A stretch of DNA of 63,823 nucleotides, filler included, from Folioceros fuciformis (taxonomy: Eukaryota): assembly GCA_049999805.1 (NCBI GenBank). It is 25 parts of 25 records of this genome, joined end to end, with 100 filler letters (N's around TTAATTAATTAA, not from the genome) between each part and the next. Parts side by side here need not be neighbours in the genome. Positions count along the whole stretch, not along the records: positions 35,816 to 38,646 come from JBNGIO010000731.1; positions 38,747 to 41,739 come from JBNGIO010000732.1; positions 41,840 to 43,709 come from JBNGIO010000733.1; positions 43,810 to 46,690 come from JBNGIO010000734.1; positions 46,791 to 50,351 come from JBNGIO010000735.1; 20 more parts are not named here. One strand, 5' to 3'. This document shows positions 35,841 through 47,620 of this stretch, piece after piece (position 1 is the stretch's first letter; each line of letters begins with the position of its first letter). A program made the position numbers and the translations under genes. A model generated the notes under the pieces. The model had not been told where the DNA came from and searched no databases. It saw only the letters and a list, made by a program, of their open reading frames with translations.

Positions 35841-38019
35841 TCAATGGACATATCTTGACATTCCTCCTTTTTCTATGACAAGAGCACTTGGAGCTGGTGT
35901 TGGTACAGGCGCGACTGTCTGCCTTGCTCGTAACCTGGACATGGATGAAGTTCTAAAGTCATCTTGAACGAGTCTATCCAGAGGCCTCCTATATCTCTTG
36001 TCTCGGGTCAGATACCTAGGTTCCTCCGGAATCTGCACAAGCTCAGGAGAGGAATTCTGATTAGCTGCTTGCACGTCTTCTATTCCTCCTTCATGGATCT
36101 CATCTCCTTCAGACTCTTGGACTGAATCATCCAATGCCTGAATTTCCTTGTCTATACTGTTGTGCTCAGACTGATCAAAGCGTGATCGTGGCTGCAGATG
36201 CAGGTCCTGGCTAGACACACTCTTAGTGGTGGTCCAGAAGTTATGTGTTTCCTCATCCTTTGAAATCTCCTTCAGTGGTTTTGGCAAATTTTTGTAAACT
36301 CCCACTGGTCCTTGCAGCAGCCTTGCTTCGTCAAAGGTAACCGACCTAGCATACACCACTGCTCTTGTATCTGGATCAAATAGCTTATAGGCCTTAATTC
36401 CTTCGGTATAGCCTATAAAAATATACCTGCGAGCCTTAAATTCTAACTTTAGTCTTTTCTCCTTTGGCACTAGGGCATAGGCAGGCGAGCCAAAGATTCG
36501 AAGATGGCTGATTGATGGCTTCCGTCCCGTGAACACTTCGTACGGAGTTTGGTGCTACAGAGACTTGGTAGGCAACCTGTTTTGAATGTAGTTTGCTGCC
36601 ATGATGGCTTCTGCCCAGTGTTGAGTGGTAGACCAACTTGCCACAACATACTTTGCACCATTTCCTGCAGACGCCTGTTCTTTTGCTCTGCATCTGAATT
36701 TTGGGAGTGGGCGTATGCTGCTGACAACTGTCTAGCAATACCTGTCTCTTTGCAAAACTCATGAAATGCATTAGAGGTAAACTCACCCCCATTATCTCAC
36801 CTAAGAGTCTTTAGAGTCTTGTCTGTTTGTCTTTCTACTTAGCATAAGATATTCCTTGAATATATTAAATGCATCACCTTTATGCTTAATTATATATGTA
36901 TAGCACAGCCTGGACTTGTCATCTAGGAAGGTGATAAAGAACTTAGCCCCTGAGAAAGATTCTATATAAATGAGCCCACATATATCTGTATGCACCAATT
37001 CTAATACCTCAAATGCTCTCATGTATGACCGAGTATAGGGTGCATCATGCTACTTCCCATGAATACAGGCTTCACACAGGGGAAGTTTCAGCTTCCAACG
37101 GAGTTTTGGGCAGGCCATCTTGATACATGCTGTCCTAGAGCATTGCATCCAATCTCTTCTTATTTGGGTGGCCGAGTCTTGAATGCCATAGGGCTGCTAT
37201 ATCATTTCCAGACTGTTGAGTGCTTCTAGGATGTACTTGAGTTTCGACTTCACTCACGCTACTGAGCATATACAGATCATTGGTGCACACTTCTGCGGAG
37301 GCAACCACATAGTTGGTGGTTCGATCCTTGATGAGACAACTTTGGTTTGTAAATTCCAGTTGGAAATTTCCTGCCGCGTTAACCTTATAATCGACAGAAG
37401 GTTTTTCCGAATAGCAAGTACGTGGTATACATGTAATAAGATCATTCTCCTACCTTTTCCAGTTGGTATCACAACTGATCCGCTGCCCTCTATTGTACAA
37501 GTGAATCGTTTCCAAGGAGAACAACCTCCTTCGTTACAGCTTTGGTGTAGGTACTAAACATATGCCTGTCATGGCAGATGTGGGCAATTGCCCTTAAATC
37601 TAGATACCACGCTTTCTCATTTAAAGAAGTCTGTGAGGCATACTGTAAGAATAGAAGGTGTGGTCCCTCTGACCACATGTGTTTCCCCTACAGGTGAGTG
37701 AGGGGATCTCCACTCCATTTCCTTCTGCAGTCCCGTTCCAAGTGACCTGGGATGCCACACCAATGATAATTACCCACAACCCTTTTGCACTTCTTTGGTT
37801 TTGACGTGGTAGCTTGTTGCTGTGGTTTGCTCCACGGTTGTTTTGTGGGGTACCATCTAGGTCCCTTTCCACGTTCGGTATACAGAACCTATGGACGATG
37901 AGTCTTCAGCATGGTTCAGCTTGCCTCCTCTTGGAGCAAAGCTCCCACCATCTCACTAAAGCTTATTTGAATTGTCCTCTAGACATCCTTGCTGTGGTTT
38001 GAGCAGATCTAAGGACTGC
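35841..38019 (-). mobile_element. Decayed copia gag-protease-integrase
   Basis: WYLDLRA..HICHD, LELVHTDICG, FLDDKSR, LRIFGSPAY, IFIGY. Confidence 0.9.
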
Positions 38020-38646
38020 TGTGGAGGCAAAACTCTGGGCACTGATTGCCAACGGGTTCCACCTTTAGTGGCCACACTTATCCCACTGTCGTTGAGACAT
38101 TGGCTTTCGTTCCCACGAAGGAGCGATGGGGTTCCTTGCTGTTGTGGATGGAGGGTCGGACTTGATCGACTCGATGATGGATTCGAGGGCTCCCCTTCAG
38201 CTCCAATCATGCGTAGGACAGGCCTCGCTGTACGGCGGTCAGCTACACCTCTCTCGGTGCCCACAAACTCACTCCAGTCACTACAACGACCCTAACCTCT
38301 TAGATCTGCGACTTCCCTCACTCACTTCACTCACTCTCTCACTCCAGCACCAACACCAGCAACTAACAATGACACCACTACCTTCTACACTTCCCTACTG
38401 ACTCCTCCTACCCGGCAAGAGTCACTAGACTAACCCCAAAGAAAAGAAACAAGGGAACACACTCCCCTCTTGGATATCTCCTCCCCACAACCTTACCAGA
38501 GGCCATGAGACATGGCTGGCCTACAGCACTTGTCCAAGCAAGGAACAAGAGTGGACAGGTCGAGAGAAAGACACATCCTTTACAATCAAGAGCTAGGGGC
38601 AGGCCCCTTCACCCTGGTCATTACACCTTGTGATCCTACCAGACAC
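38020..38646 (-). mobile_element. Family B LTR inserted in copia gag
   Basis: Matches 1-691 in reverse. Confidence 0.87.
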
Positions 38647-38746
38647 NNNNNNNNNNNNNNNNNNNNNNNNNNNNNNNNNNNNNNNNNNNNTTAATTAATT
38701 AANNNNNNNNNNNNNNNNNNNNNNNNNNNNNNNNNNNNNNNNNNNN

Positions 38747-41097
38747 GCTGTTCCATATACAGCTCTTCCTCAAGGATGCCATGGAGGAAAGCAGTGCAGA
38801 AATCCATTTGCTGCAATTCCAGATCATACTCAGCTGCTAGGGCAAATATCAGCTAAGGGATTGAGCACGAACTACAGGAGAGAATGTCTCCTGATAGTCC
38901 AAGCCAGCAATTTGTGTGAAACCCCGAGCACACAAACGTGCTTTGTACCTTGCTATTTTTCCCTTTGCATTGAGTTTGTGTTTGAACACCCATTTAGAAG
39001 TAATAGGTTTTCTATTGGCAAGCCTAGGAACCAGCTTTCATATTCAATTTTTGATCAAGCTGTTATATTCGTCGTCTATTGCGATTTTCCATTTCTCCTT
39101 GTCTGGTCTAGTGAAAGCTTCTGTAAGGCTAATTGGCTCTGCTGGAACAGAAGGGGAAGATGTAACAGCTCTTGCATGATGGTAGAAATCAGCATACTGG
39201 TATCTTGGTTCCTTTCAATCTGAAGGTGGAGGTCTGTGGTGAGCTGATTGTCGTGGACCAGCATCTTCATCCACAAGAGGGGCCATAGCCATAGGATGAG
39301 GGATGTCAACAACCTCATGCCCGACATCTTCATCTACAGGTTGGCCAGCCTCTTCAAAAAGGTTTTGTTGTTCCTCCCGTGCTTGGTCATGATCATCATA
39401 GAGTACATCTGGCCAAGTGAAGGAACCCGGAGACGGCCAAAGATGTCAAAGTGAACCAGGTCTAAAAGTTGTGAAGACCTGTGAGCAGGGGCAGAAGGGA
39501 AAGGTTGCTCCTTCTGCTTAGCAAGGGCACAGGTCTTACAGAGTGGCAGTTCCTTCAAACCAGTAGGTTAGAGTTCCCTAAAAAGGTTTGACTTTGACAT
39601 AGCAGCCATTGTGGTCCTGTTAACATGCCCCAAACAGGCATGCCATAGGACAGATTGTTGCTTGGTTGTAAGGTTGCCTACACTTGCTGAATATGCCTTG
39701 TTCTTGTGACCAGGTAAACAAATGATGTTAAGACAATATAGATCATGATTTGGTATAGCCTTAAAGCACAAGTGGCTGGTGAAGCTTTCCTAAAGAAAAA
39801 ACAGCAGTTATCCTGAGAGGTGAGCTCAAAAATCTAGAGCTGTAGAAGTCTCCTCAAGGACAGGAGGTTTTTGGCCATGTGTGGCACAAAAAGAACGTTT
39901 GTGAGAGTCAGTATTGTCTCATCACTCAATCGAAAGTTGCAGCACCCTTGGCCTTGGATCTGCAGACTTGTGGCTTTTTGTTCATCACCTAAGTATACCC
40001 TATCAACATTGGTGGAATACTCCAGGGAATTGAATAAGGATACATCTCTACAGATGTGGGAAGTGGCACTAGAATCCAAGTACCAAGTTGTCTTGTCTCC
40101 AGTAAAGGTAAATGAGCATACTGTAAGAATCTTGACTACAGGCTTACTCGTAGTGCCAGTCTTGTCTTTAACAGTTGTTGTGGCTGCAGATCTGGGAGGC
40201 CTTTGAGGCTCGCCAGCTTTCTTCTTTCGACAACCACGAGCCTAATGGCCAGGAATGCCACACCAATTACATGTACCTATACGCTTGGTTGAATTGAAAT
40301 TAGAGGATCCTGCATCATTTTGAGAGCTTTGATTGTGAGGTGTTGTCCTTGGCCTACCCCTCTGCCCTGGTCTACCATGGAAAGCAGTAAGTTCTCTGTC
40401 AGCTTTGGACTTGGACCCACACCCTGACATGAGTTTGCTCTGCCCTTCCTAGAATAGGGCACCAATCACCTCGTCTAAGGTGAGAGTTGAAGTTTTACCA
40501 GCAGCTTGAGCCTGCCGGATGGGGACATTATGAGCAGAGACAATTTTGATAACTAGGAGGGAGACTGGTCAGGATCTGTGCAATGATGTCAACTTCATCC
40601 ATTATAGTTCCGACTGTAGCTAGCTGTGCACGAAGATGTCGGAGCTTGCTCGTGTGAGCAAGTACCTTATCTCCTTCCCTCATTTTCAGTCCATAGAATT
40701 CCTGTCTTAATGTGCATAAGGTAAGAACATTTCTTACTTCGTATTGGTTGGACAGCTGTTGCCATATCTCACTTGCTTTTGTGAGATACTCAATTGCAGG
40801 AATCATGTCTTCTGTAAGACCACCTACTAGGAGTGCAATGGATATACCATTGGCATGAGCTCATCTATCCTTCTCTCCCTTAGTCTTAGAGGGATCAAGT
40901 TCAGGGATAGTCCCATCCACTATGCCCCAGACACCTCTGGCTAGCAATGTAGATTTCATTCTAACTCTCCAGACTTCATACTTATGCCCATTGAACCTGT
41001 CTTTTTCTTTCAATTCAGATGTGAAGGTTGGGCTATTGTAGCCAGGAGGAGGAGGAGGAGGTGGAATAGTTCCCATCATTTGAAAAGAAATGGGCAC
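38747..41097 (-). mobile_element. Decayed copia gag-pol with most of the integrase deleted
   Basis: DRFNGHKYEVW, CNWCGIPGH, LDSSATSH, LWHACLGH, LVHFDIFG, then jump to RT start (KWVFK, QMDF.TAFLHG). Confidence 0.9.
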
Positions 41098-41839
41098 TAT
41101 ACTAAGTGTGTTAAGTTGCTATGCAAGGAGATCGACAAGGGGATCCTGAAGATTTGTTTTTGAGCTAGAGCTGCTTAGGGACAAGGTATAACCATCCTCA
41201 TGAGATATAGAAGAACTGTTTGTCATGCGTGTGGACAAGAACCAACAATGGGACTAGCCTACAGGCATTCTAGATGATACTGTTCAAGTCAAAACGAAAT
41301 GATGAGTATGAAATGTTGCTCTAGTTGTTAGTTTTCTATTCATGAGTTTTGAAAGAAACCCTAACTAGCCAACCCTGTGACGGTTGATGTTGGCGAAGTG
41401 TCAGGGGAGCAAGAAAGGTGCAATGCATGGAGGCACCTCTTCCTGCGAACAGCCACTGACCACGACGCTTGGCATCTGGGCCACCACTAGCTCCTACTGC
41501 AGAAAATTAATCACTTTTCTGCGTCTTGCCTCGCAAGATTAGGAAGCATAGTAGGCAAATGCAATGTAATAGTAGGTTGCACAGCAAAGATTATTGTGTC
41601 CCAACGATTTAAACTGCATAAAACTTCCAGCAGATGAGAGCTCTTGGGTGAGCATTTTCAGTGGTCCGTTGGTTTCTGTTGAAAAAGAATCTATCCTGTC
41701 AGTGACTTGTATGTACAAATGTGCCGCATTCAAACCTTANNNNNNNNNNNNNNNNNNNNNNNNNNNNNNNNNNNNNNNNNNNNTTAATTAATTAANNNNN
41801 NNNNNNNNNNNNNNNNNNNNNNNNNNNNNNNNNNNNNNN

Positions 41840-42626
41840 TGTTCACTTTCCGGCGCTCGTCAATCGGGTCCTCGCTTCACTGGCACGTTCGTTTCGCGCG
41901 TCACGGGCGCCCATGTGGTGCCCGTTGGCGCCTAGGTGGTGTCCAAGTGGCGCATAGGTGGCGCCTGCGTGGCGCCCTGATGGCCCACAGGTGGCGCCCA
42001 ATGGAGCCCGCGTGGTGCTCGCGTGGCGCCCACGTGGCGCCCAAGTGGCGCCGAGGTGGCGCCCGCATGGTGCCCAAGTCGTGCCCGCGTGGTGCCAGAG
42101 TCGCGCCCAAGTGGCGCCTAGGTGGCGCCCGTATGGCGCTGATGTGGCGTCCGGTGGCGCCCAAGTGGCTCTCACATGGCGCCTAGGTGGCACCTGCATG
42201 GCGTCGAGGTGGTGCCTGGGTGGCGCCCCTCCCCCTCCTAGATGGCCATCTTCATGGTCTTGCTCCACAACCTGCTCCACAACCTGCTCTAATACCACTT
42301 GTAGGACCACTAGAGGAGCATGATGGAGGAGAGGAGCAGAGGAGGCAGAGAGAAGAAGAGAAAAAGAGGTCACATTGAGAGTGGTTGGCAAGGGAGCTCA
42401 AGGGGGTATTTATACCCTCTAGAAGAACTCCCTAGGAAGCTTCACAAGAAGCTCACAGGAAGCTGTGCAAGAAGCTTCCTACAGATTAGCTTAAGCTAAT
42501 CTAAACTAATGATACTTAACTAGACACTAATCTTAGACTAAACACATTAGTCTAAGCACATTAACTAGACACTAATCTTAGACAAAACACATTAGCCTAA
42601 GCACATTGGGCTTTAATAACCCTACA
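41840..42626 (-). mobile_element. Copia family A 5' LTR (42300-42626), PBS variant (42286-42297), GGCGCC-rich 5' UTR
   Basis: Same architecture as 6158-6834. Confidence 0.92.
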
Positions 42627-43292
42627 CCTGCTTCTCCTCAACCCGCTCCGGGACTGCCTTCTGTGACGCTGACCCACTCCCTTTCCTGACAATCTGGCCA
42701 CTAGCCTGTCTCTGCTTGGCGGGGGTCCTTTTCCCTGACCCTGCCTTCCTCTTCTTCCTAGCGGGAGGCCCTTCCTCTGAGCTGTCCGCACCGCCCGACT
42801 CCCAACTGCTGGAGTCGGCCCCTCCTGGTTCGGCGGGCTTCCACTTCACATCCCTTACCGGCCTCCACATATGCAGCGAGGCTAGCACTTCCAGCTCGGA
42901 CACGAGGTTAGCGTAGCTGTAGATATGAATCAGAAAAGAAGAAATCATCGAAGGCCGGGGAGAGGCCATAATCAGATTCTGCCTCTCCTCTTCCATCCTT
43001 GCATACAAGATTTTCCCCCAATCCACCTTGCTCCTCTTAACCACCTCGTGCACAAACAGGAGCATTTGATCAGACAGGTAATCTTGTTTGCGAACTTGCA
43101 AGAAACACAGGAGTCATTTGGCCAGACCCATCAGCTGAGGGTTGGCCATGTCGCGAACCAGCCACCCATTGGCTTCCTTCTTGGTGCCTGGTTTGAGTAG
43201 CCCTTCGGCCTCTGCTGTGCCACCTCATTTCTTTAGGGACTCCAGCACCAGTCCTCCCTCCTCCTGTTGATCGCGGCCATACACCCGCCTTA
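42627..43292 (-). pseudogene. Accessory ORF copy interrupted at both ends by LTR insertions
   Basis: QVRKQDYLSDQMLLFVHEVVK identical to the 4503-5030 ORF. Confidence 0.8.
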
Positions 43293-43709
43293 TGTGAACC
43301 TCCAAAGCTTGGGGTAGTAGTTTGTTTTGGTTGAAAAAGGGTTAATAGTGGTATGGTTTGGTTTTCTTTTTCTACTTCTTTTTCCTAATTTTTCTTTATT
43401 TTCTGGTCATTTTTCCTATTTTTCTTTGTTCTAATTAGGTTAATTGACTAGGAAATAGTTGGCTTGGTTATTAAAGTGGGTACAGGTGTGGTCCCAGACT
43501 TGGGAAAGTTTAGGTCCGGTACCAGGCCATAGGGTTGGGAAAGTTTGAGTCTAGGTCTGGTGATTAGTTTGATATTAATTAAAGATCTATAATATTAAAT
43601 GATTAAATAATATAATAATGATATAATAATATAATAATGGAATATGTGGGGTATGTCAGTGTCAGGGGTCAGGCTGGCCTGAACGGTCATGGAGGCTGTG
43701 CCCTAGCTA
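43293..43709 (+). mobile_element. Large-repeat left end TGTGAACC (as at 3258)
   Basis: High similarity to 3258-3656. Confidence 0.75.
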
Positions 43710-43809
43710 NNNNNNNNNNNNNNNNNNNNNNNNNNNNNNNNNNNNNNNNNNNNTTAATTAATTAANNNNNNNNNNNNNNNNNNNNNNNNNNNNNNNNNNN
43801 NNNNNNNNN

Positions 43810-45291
43810 GAGTCTGTATGGAAGTCTTGAACTGCTTATAGGCAGGTGTTAACCCGCGCAAGCAAACTTTGACCTTGTCGTCATCTTCCACACTGACACC
43901 AACGGACGCAAGGGATTCCACTATCTCTTTGATCTTTAACGCGTACTCATTGATTGGTACGTTCTTCTTCATAATTGTGTTGAAGTCATTCTTCAACTGC
44001 AATTTCCTCCCCTTCATGTTGGTCTCATAGAGTTTGACCAACTCATCCCATGCTTCTTTGGGCGACTTTGCATCCTATATGTGCCCAATCATGGTGTCAT
44101 GAATGCTGATTGACAAATGAATATATGACCTTCCGAGATCCTTGACTCCAATCCTTCAGCGCCTTAATCTACTCCATTGTTGCATTTTGTTCAAGTACTA
44201 CAGGGGGTTTTTCATGCTCCCCCTCAATGTAGTCCCAAAAACCCTTTCCCATAAGAAAGTTTGTAAACCGAAACTTCCAGGCATGGAAGTTGTTTTTGTC
44301 CAGCTTCTCCTGCACGATCTGGTTAATACTGTCACTAGCCATTCTTGCCACCACTCAAGGTTGACACTCAATCCTTCTTGAGTACTCACACCTGATAAAT
44401 GTCTGCAAGAAAGAGATTGCTTCTGACTGGAGTTTTACTCACAATACCTTAAGTCTCTTCTTCCTAGGAGCAATTTGGTGCGGAATCACGCTGCCTTGCG
44501 TGAACCAAATTGTCTCATGCTCCGTGTCCTTACAAACTCTTGACGGTCTGCCCACAAAGCTCCCGTAAGATTTCCTGTTAATTCCTTCCCTACTGCCAAG
44601 CTAGGGTTAGCACACTTTCTTGCAGCTGCTGAGGCTACTGCAGCTGTTGCCTCCATCTGTCAGCCCTTCCATAGAGCTTCGGGGATCAACAGCCCGTCCA
44701 ATAAGCTGACAAGGCCTTGTCACCCTTCTCCTCACTTCATACACACACTGATATGAGAGTTAGCTGCCAGGACGCTTGCTGCCGATCTCCCTCCAAGCTG
44801 CTCCAACTCCTCGTAGCTGCTCCAGCTCCTGCTGTGCACTCTTGCTGCCTCTTGCAACACCTCCTACGCCGATCTTGCACCACCTTCAGGTGTAGCTGCT
44901 TGGCTCTCTAGCTCTGGGCTACGCTTGGCAATCTGGCTCTCAGCTATGCTTGGCAATCTGGCTCTCAGCTACGCTTGGCAATCTGGCTCTCAAGCTCTGA
45001 TACAATGTCAATAGGATCGACTCCAGTCTATGTGCAATTGTAGGAGAGGAGAGAAGAGAGGGTGGTATTGGTGGTCAGAACCAAAATCAATACACATCAC
45101 CACAGTCTTACTATGGAGGTCCGAGGTCCCCATTTAAGTAGTACATTTAGGGCTACACAACTTCCAGGTTCAATATGGGATAATCTACACTATCCTAAGT
45201 TTACTAATAACTAGAACTAGTCTAGTATGAACCCAACCGGGATAACTAACACCACATGAGTTTAGCTTATATAGAGCTCGATAACTCAACA
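43810..45291 (-). mobile_element. Copia 5' end: LTR 45006-45291, PBS 44994-45005, UTR with three ~25-bp tandem units (44918-44992), gag from ~44342
   Basis: TGTTGAG...TTGACA, TTGTATCAGAGC; EKLDKNNFHAWKFR, LRGLTPAYKQF. Confidence 0.88.
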
Positions 45292-46053
45292 TTGGCTTGG
45301 TCAAATCTTGTTCTCCCAAGCAGATGTGCCACTCTGCAGCCCAATCTCGTGATTTGCCTCCCTTCGAGTCTTCACACTAGTCACATAGCCATGTTGCCTC
45401 TCTATGCAAGGATTCTCAACAATGACAACCCCTCCTCACAACGTAGCCAAAGTCTCAACCCCCTAGTTAGCTGGGAGAGGCCTTAAAGCCACCAACACCT
45501 TTTACCTCAGGCTAGCCTGCAACCTGTTGTGGCTCGAGCTCCACCTCCAAACTATTGATCTCCCCTCTAGCGTTGTGCCCTAGCCGTCTACTAACATCGT
45601 CCTATTGCTCACTCCCAATAATGCACCTAGTAGCTAGCCATGTGTGCTAGACACAATTGGCTGTGTTACTGCCACAACCATACAAGATTCCTCCTCCTAA
45701 GTTACGTTCAAACTATTATTTAATGATTTCCACTATTTTTATTATTTAATTATTTAATATGATCTAATAGTCAATATGATTACCAAGTCAAAAACTAAAC
45801 CCAAATCTGAACCTTCCCAACCCTAGGGTACCAAAGCTAGACTTCTCTATGCCTAGTACCAAACCTATACCCATTCTAATAACCACATCGACTATTTGTT
45901 GGTCAATTAACCTAATTAGCACAAAAAAGAGGAAAAATAATCATAAAATTAAGGAAAATCAGGAAAAGTAAGGAGAAAAAAGAAAACCATACTAAACCAT
46001 TGTTAACCCTTCTTAAGCAAACAAAATATTGCCCCAAAGTTTGGAGGTTCACA
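45292..46053 (-). mobile_element. Large-repeat left end (TGTGAACC at 46053), host of the adjacent copia
   Basis: Reverse similarity to 3258-3656 over ~45700-46053; remainder assumed. Confidence 0.55.
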
Positions 46054-46790
46054 GGAGCCATAGTTGGATGGAGGTTGGGATTACTAACAGCAGGGCCACT
46101 CTTTACTGTGGGTCACTCTTTTTCTTTTGTGGCCGCAAGGAGGATCACAGTGACGTGTGAGCGGCTCCAACCAATCTAAGGTCGAGATCTAGCACTAACA
46201 AAAGCACAATGAGTTGGTAGGACTGGCCAAGTGCGGGGATAGGTTCCAACAAGGATCTAAAGAGATCCACGGTACTAGAAACAGACTCAATGTAGGGAGT
46301 TTGTAGAACCAGGAGGTCAAATTTCTCAAAATGAGGTGCTATGATCTGTTGCTGGGCACATTGTTGGAGAGCAAAGTTCAGGGTAGCAATCTGGGTAGAA
46401 TTAAGCACAATCACAAGGCACGCCCATGGAGGAATCTGCAAGAGGAGGGCTGTCCAAATTCCTAATCTCCTGCTCCTTAATGTTCTCCTCTTCCTGCCCT
46501 ACGTTGTTTGTTCCCTACCTCGCCACCACAACGTGCCCCCTTCAAACCCTGCCCCGAGCTGATCCGGCCCCTCTCCCTCCTGCTCCTCATTCCATTCCAA
46601 CGCGCCTTGCCACCCTGCGCTGCCATGCTCACCACCCCGGCCCGGCCTGATCCGCTGTCCGCAAGGTTAACCGTCTTCTCCACTGGTGTTNNNNNNNNNN
46701 NNNNNNNNNNNNNNNNNNNNNNNNNNNNNNNNNNTTAATTAATTAANNNNNNNNNNNNNNNNNNNNNNNNNNNNNNNNNNNNNNNNNNNN

Positions 46791-47430
46791 GCAGGGCCAT
46801 GAGCCAAGGAGGCTACCCAGCCCTAGGCCTCGCCTCTACCTTGAAGGCTGCAAGAGGGAAGGCTGTTGTGTTCCAAATTGCAGGAGAGAAGGGTTGAGTT
46901 GCAGATTTTGGAAGTGGAAGTGTTGAAGTGAGGAGTTGAGCTGAAGTGAGGGGCTGGAGGGTGAAGTGAAGTGCTGAAGTGAAGGACTGAAATGCTGGGG
47001 TGAAGTGCTGAAGTGGTGGAATGAAGTGTTGAAGCTAGAGTGAGGAGCTAGCTGAAGTTGAGGTTCTCGTTCAACTGCGGAGGTAGCTAGCACTAGGTGC
47101 TGAGAGTTGGAGGCCAGACTTGGGGCTGGAGCCTCCTCTCAGCACTGAAGTGATTGATACTTGGAGCTGGAAACGATGGCTGAAGACAATGCTGGAGTTC
47201 TCATTTTGTTGAGGCTGGGGTTGGTGTTGTGGTAGCAGCCGAAGACAAAACCGAGAATTCTGACCTATTGCTGTAGCACTTGGTATATGCTGATAGATAG
47301 GGTGAGATTAGGGAGATGTAGGTAACCTTGACATTAGTTCACTCCCTTGGGAGCGAATTATAAGACTACAACGATAATAAGGGGAAGTGTGGCCCCTTGG
47401 TGGTTCTTGGGTGTGCAAGAAATCACTCCC
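46791..47430 (+). mobile_element. Family C-related LTR 3' part
   Basis: CACTCCCTTGGGAGCGAA...GTGGCCCCTTGG...AGAAATCACTCC. Confidence 0.7.
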
Positions 47431-47620
47431 TTAAGGTAACGATAAATCCTCTTCACAGCTGCCCAATGAACACGTCCAGGTTTTTCTAGGAATTGTGAGA
47501 CGCAACTAACAGAGTGTGCAATGTCAGGGCGGGTCTAGTTGGAGATGAATATCAAACACCCAACTGCATGTATGTACAGAACCTTTTCCATGTCTGCTAT
47601 TTCTTCAGGGGTACTGGCGC

